Assembly (NCBI GenBank): GCA_051652765.1
Contig: JBOFUV010000033.1
Location: 1 to 27,843, forward strand
Length of the DNA stretch: 27,843 nucleotides
DNA from: Microcoleaceae cyanobacterium
Lineage (GTDB): Bacteria > Cyanobacteriota > Cyanobacteriia > Cyanobacteriales > Microcoleaceae
Direction: 5' to 3'
Below, piece after piece: positions 26,470-27,843 of this stretch. The stretch's first letter is position 1. The number at the start of each line of letters is the position of its first letter. The notes beneath the pieces are model-generated. The model was given only the letters and a program-made list of their open reading frames with translations. It did not search any database and had not been told where the DNA came from. The position numbers and the translations under genes are program-made.

Positions 26470-27264
26470 ATGGCCCATGATTCTGAACCCTTGATTGAGT
26501 TGAAAGGCATCTGCAAGTCTTTTGGCAGCAACGTCATTCTAGACCAGGTAGATCTGAAAATCTATCCAGGGCAAGCATTAGGAATTATTGGCCCATCAGG
26601 AACGGGCAAGTCAACGGTTCTCAGGATTATTGCAGGCTTGCTGCCGCCAGATCAGGGAGAAGTTTATGTGATGGGGAAGAAACGAGTGGGCTGGGTTGAT
26701 GATTTAGCTGATCCAATTGGCATCGGCATGGTGTTTCAGAATGCGGCTTTGTTTGATTCGCTAACTGTTCGAGAGAATGTCGGATTCCTGCTCGACCAAC
26801 ATACGAAACTCTCCTCAGAAACAATCTGTAGACTGGTAGAGGAGAAATTAGCGATGGTGGGGTTACCGAATATCAGCGATCGCTATCCGGCGGAACTGTC
26901 CGGTGGAATGCGGAAACGGGTGAGCTTTGCCCGCGCCATCATGCCCAACCCAGAAAATCCCGCTGACAATCCTGAGGTGATTCTCTACGATGAACCAACT
27001 GCTGGACTCGATCCAATTGCTTCAACCGTTGTCGAAGCCTTGATTCGACAGTTGCAACGGGAGGGCGGTGGAGGAGGAACCTACATTATGGTCACTCACG
27101 TTCACAGCACCATTCGCAATACTGCCGATGAGGTTATTCTCCTGTATCAAGGAAAAGTCCAATGGGCCGGGACAGTAGAGGAGATTGAGACGACAGACAG
27201 TCCTATTATTCGGCAGTTTATGAGCGGAAGTTTAGAGGGGCCAATTCAGATTGTCAATGCCTAG
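26470..27264 (+). CDS. mlaF: ABC transporter ATP-binding protein, MlaF/TGD3/Mkl family
   Basis: Walker A GPSGTGKS, VFQNAALFDSLTV, LSGGMRKRV, LYDEPTAGLDPI and C-terminal IIRQFMSGSLEGPI. Confidence 0.9.
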   Translation: MAHDSEPLIELKGICKSFGSNVILDQVDLKIYPGQALGIIGPSGTGKSTVLRIIAGLLPPDQGEVYVMGKKRVGWVDDLADPIGIGMVFQNAALFDSLTVRENVGFLLDQHTKLSSETICRLVEEKLAMVGLPNISDRYPAELSGGMRKRVSFARAIMPNPENPADNPEVILYDEPTAGLDPIASTVVEALIRQLQREGGGGGTYIMVTHVHSTIRNTADEVILLYQGKVQWAGTVEEIETTDSPIIRQFMSGSLEGPIQIVNA

Positions 27265-27297
27265 AACCCTTGTGAAGCCATTTCTTTAGAGGAAACA

Positions 27298-27453
27298 GTG
27301 ACTTGTACCGTTAAACCAGAGCTTGATTCGCAATCAATCTGCGTTAGGATTCACAAGGATGGCAAACCCATTCCACTTAAAATTCTGGCAACAATTACTC
27401 AGCCTTTTAACTGGTGTTTAAATTGCCAGGGACAATGCAACGAAAAAGCGTAG
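27298..27453 (+). CDS. Candidate 51-aa Cys-rich small protein
   Basis: GAGG SD-like sequence upstream of a GTG start, an open frame to the TAG at 27451-27453, and a C-terminal CxxCxxxC. Shorter than any ORF in the track. Confidence 0.3.
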   Translation: MTCTVKPELDSQSICVRIHKDGKPIPLKILATITQPFNWCLNCQGQCNEKA

Positions 27454-27493
27454 GCAGCAACTCGCCTATCTCTTTCTGAACTCTCAAGCAAAA

Positions 27494-27808
27494 CTAATGA
27501 GAAGTAGCCAAGGCAGCCTTGTTTGTAGATTGGGTAGAGGTACGACCGAGGTTGGAAGTCGAAACCAGAGAAAAATCCAGCCCAAAATCATCAGAATCCA
27601 AGCGGAAAGAATCATTCAGACAAAGCTCATCAAGGTTATCCGCTTTCTCCTCAGAGATCGCAGCCAACCGCTCAAACATCTTAGCTAACTTCCGCAACTT
27701 CACCTGGTCTGAAAACTGACTCGAATACTGGGGCAAATGCTTGCGGTCATAATGCTCAATTTCCAGAATTACCAGATTGAGCTGGGCATAGAGTTCATTC
27801 AAGCTCAT
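27494..27808 (-). CDS. Hypothetical protein
   Basis: 104-aa ORF with an AAGGAG SD upstream, a helical N-terminal half and an acidic/Ser-Thr-rich tail. Confidence 0.75.
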   Translation of the reverse strand: MSLNELYAQLNLVILEIEHYDRKHLPQYSSQFSDQVKLRKLAKMFERLAAISEEKADNLDELCLNDSFRLDSDDFGLDFSLVSTSNLGRTSTQSTNKAALATSH

Positions 27809-27843
27809 GATTAATACTCCTTAGATTAAACTGCAACCGGATA

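Larger units (their letters stand above)
5139..26883. repeat. HIP1 octamer GCGATCGC, highly iterated
   Basis: About 20 copies counted by eye (e.g. 5139, 8016, 9144, 10859, 13295, 17731, 17851, 26876), versus fewer than 1 expected by chance. Confidence 0.92.

Noticed and set aside
27262..27453. Stop-codon readthrough extension of mlaF
   Set aside because: MlaF already ends at its usual C-terminal GPI motif, and no recoding signal is evident.
1..27843. tRNA, rRNA, integrase or transposase genes
   Set aside because: No cloverleaf or rRNA signatures and no recombinase or transposase motifs were recognised by eye.

Overview
Cyanobacterial chromosomal window: about 20 copies of the HIP1 octamer GCGATCGC, plus typical cyanobacterial gene families. 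It is a mosaic of housekeeping and accessory genes. In order: the 5' part of trpS (missed by the ORF track), a CHAT protease-like putative lipoprotein, a Gfo/Idh/MocA oxidoreductase, a MIF tautomerase, a secreted ARC6-IMS-domain protein, a lone type IV pilin, a D-Ala-D-Ala dipeptidase, a methyltransferase, a DinB-family protein, a pentapeptide-repeat protein, TxlA thioredoxin, an SH3 protein, a phosphoribosyltransferase, HEAT-repeat and GT4 genes, an orphan TIGR03985-like wHTH-WYL protein, a FecR-domain protein divergent from a TPR-CHAT protease, a two-kinase pair, a divergent DUF62/halogenase-fold protein, stand-alone hisE, pta and mlaF. No rRNA, tRNA, CRISPR array or transposase was seen. 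The best leads are a candidate ~135-nt structured sRNA behind four 11-bp-phased TTAC boxes (9538-9755), the orphan WYL / FecR / TPR-CHAT / kinase cluster, a DUF62 homologue with a non-canonical active site, a six-unit 13-bp array upstream of txlA, an unannotated Cys-rich small ORF, and MITE/REP-like elements. All family calls come from motif recognition by eye, not from database searches.
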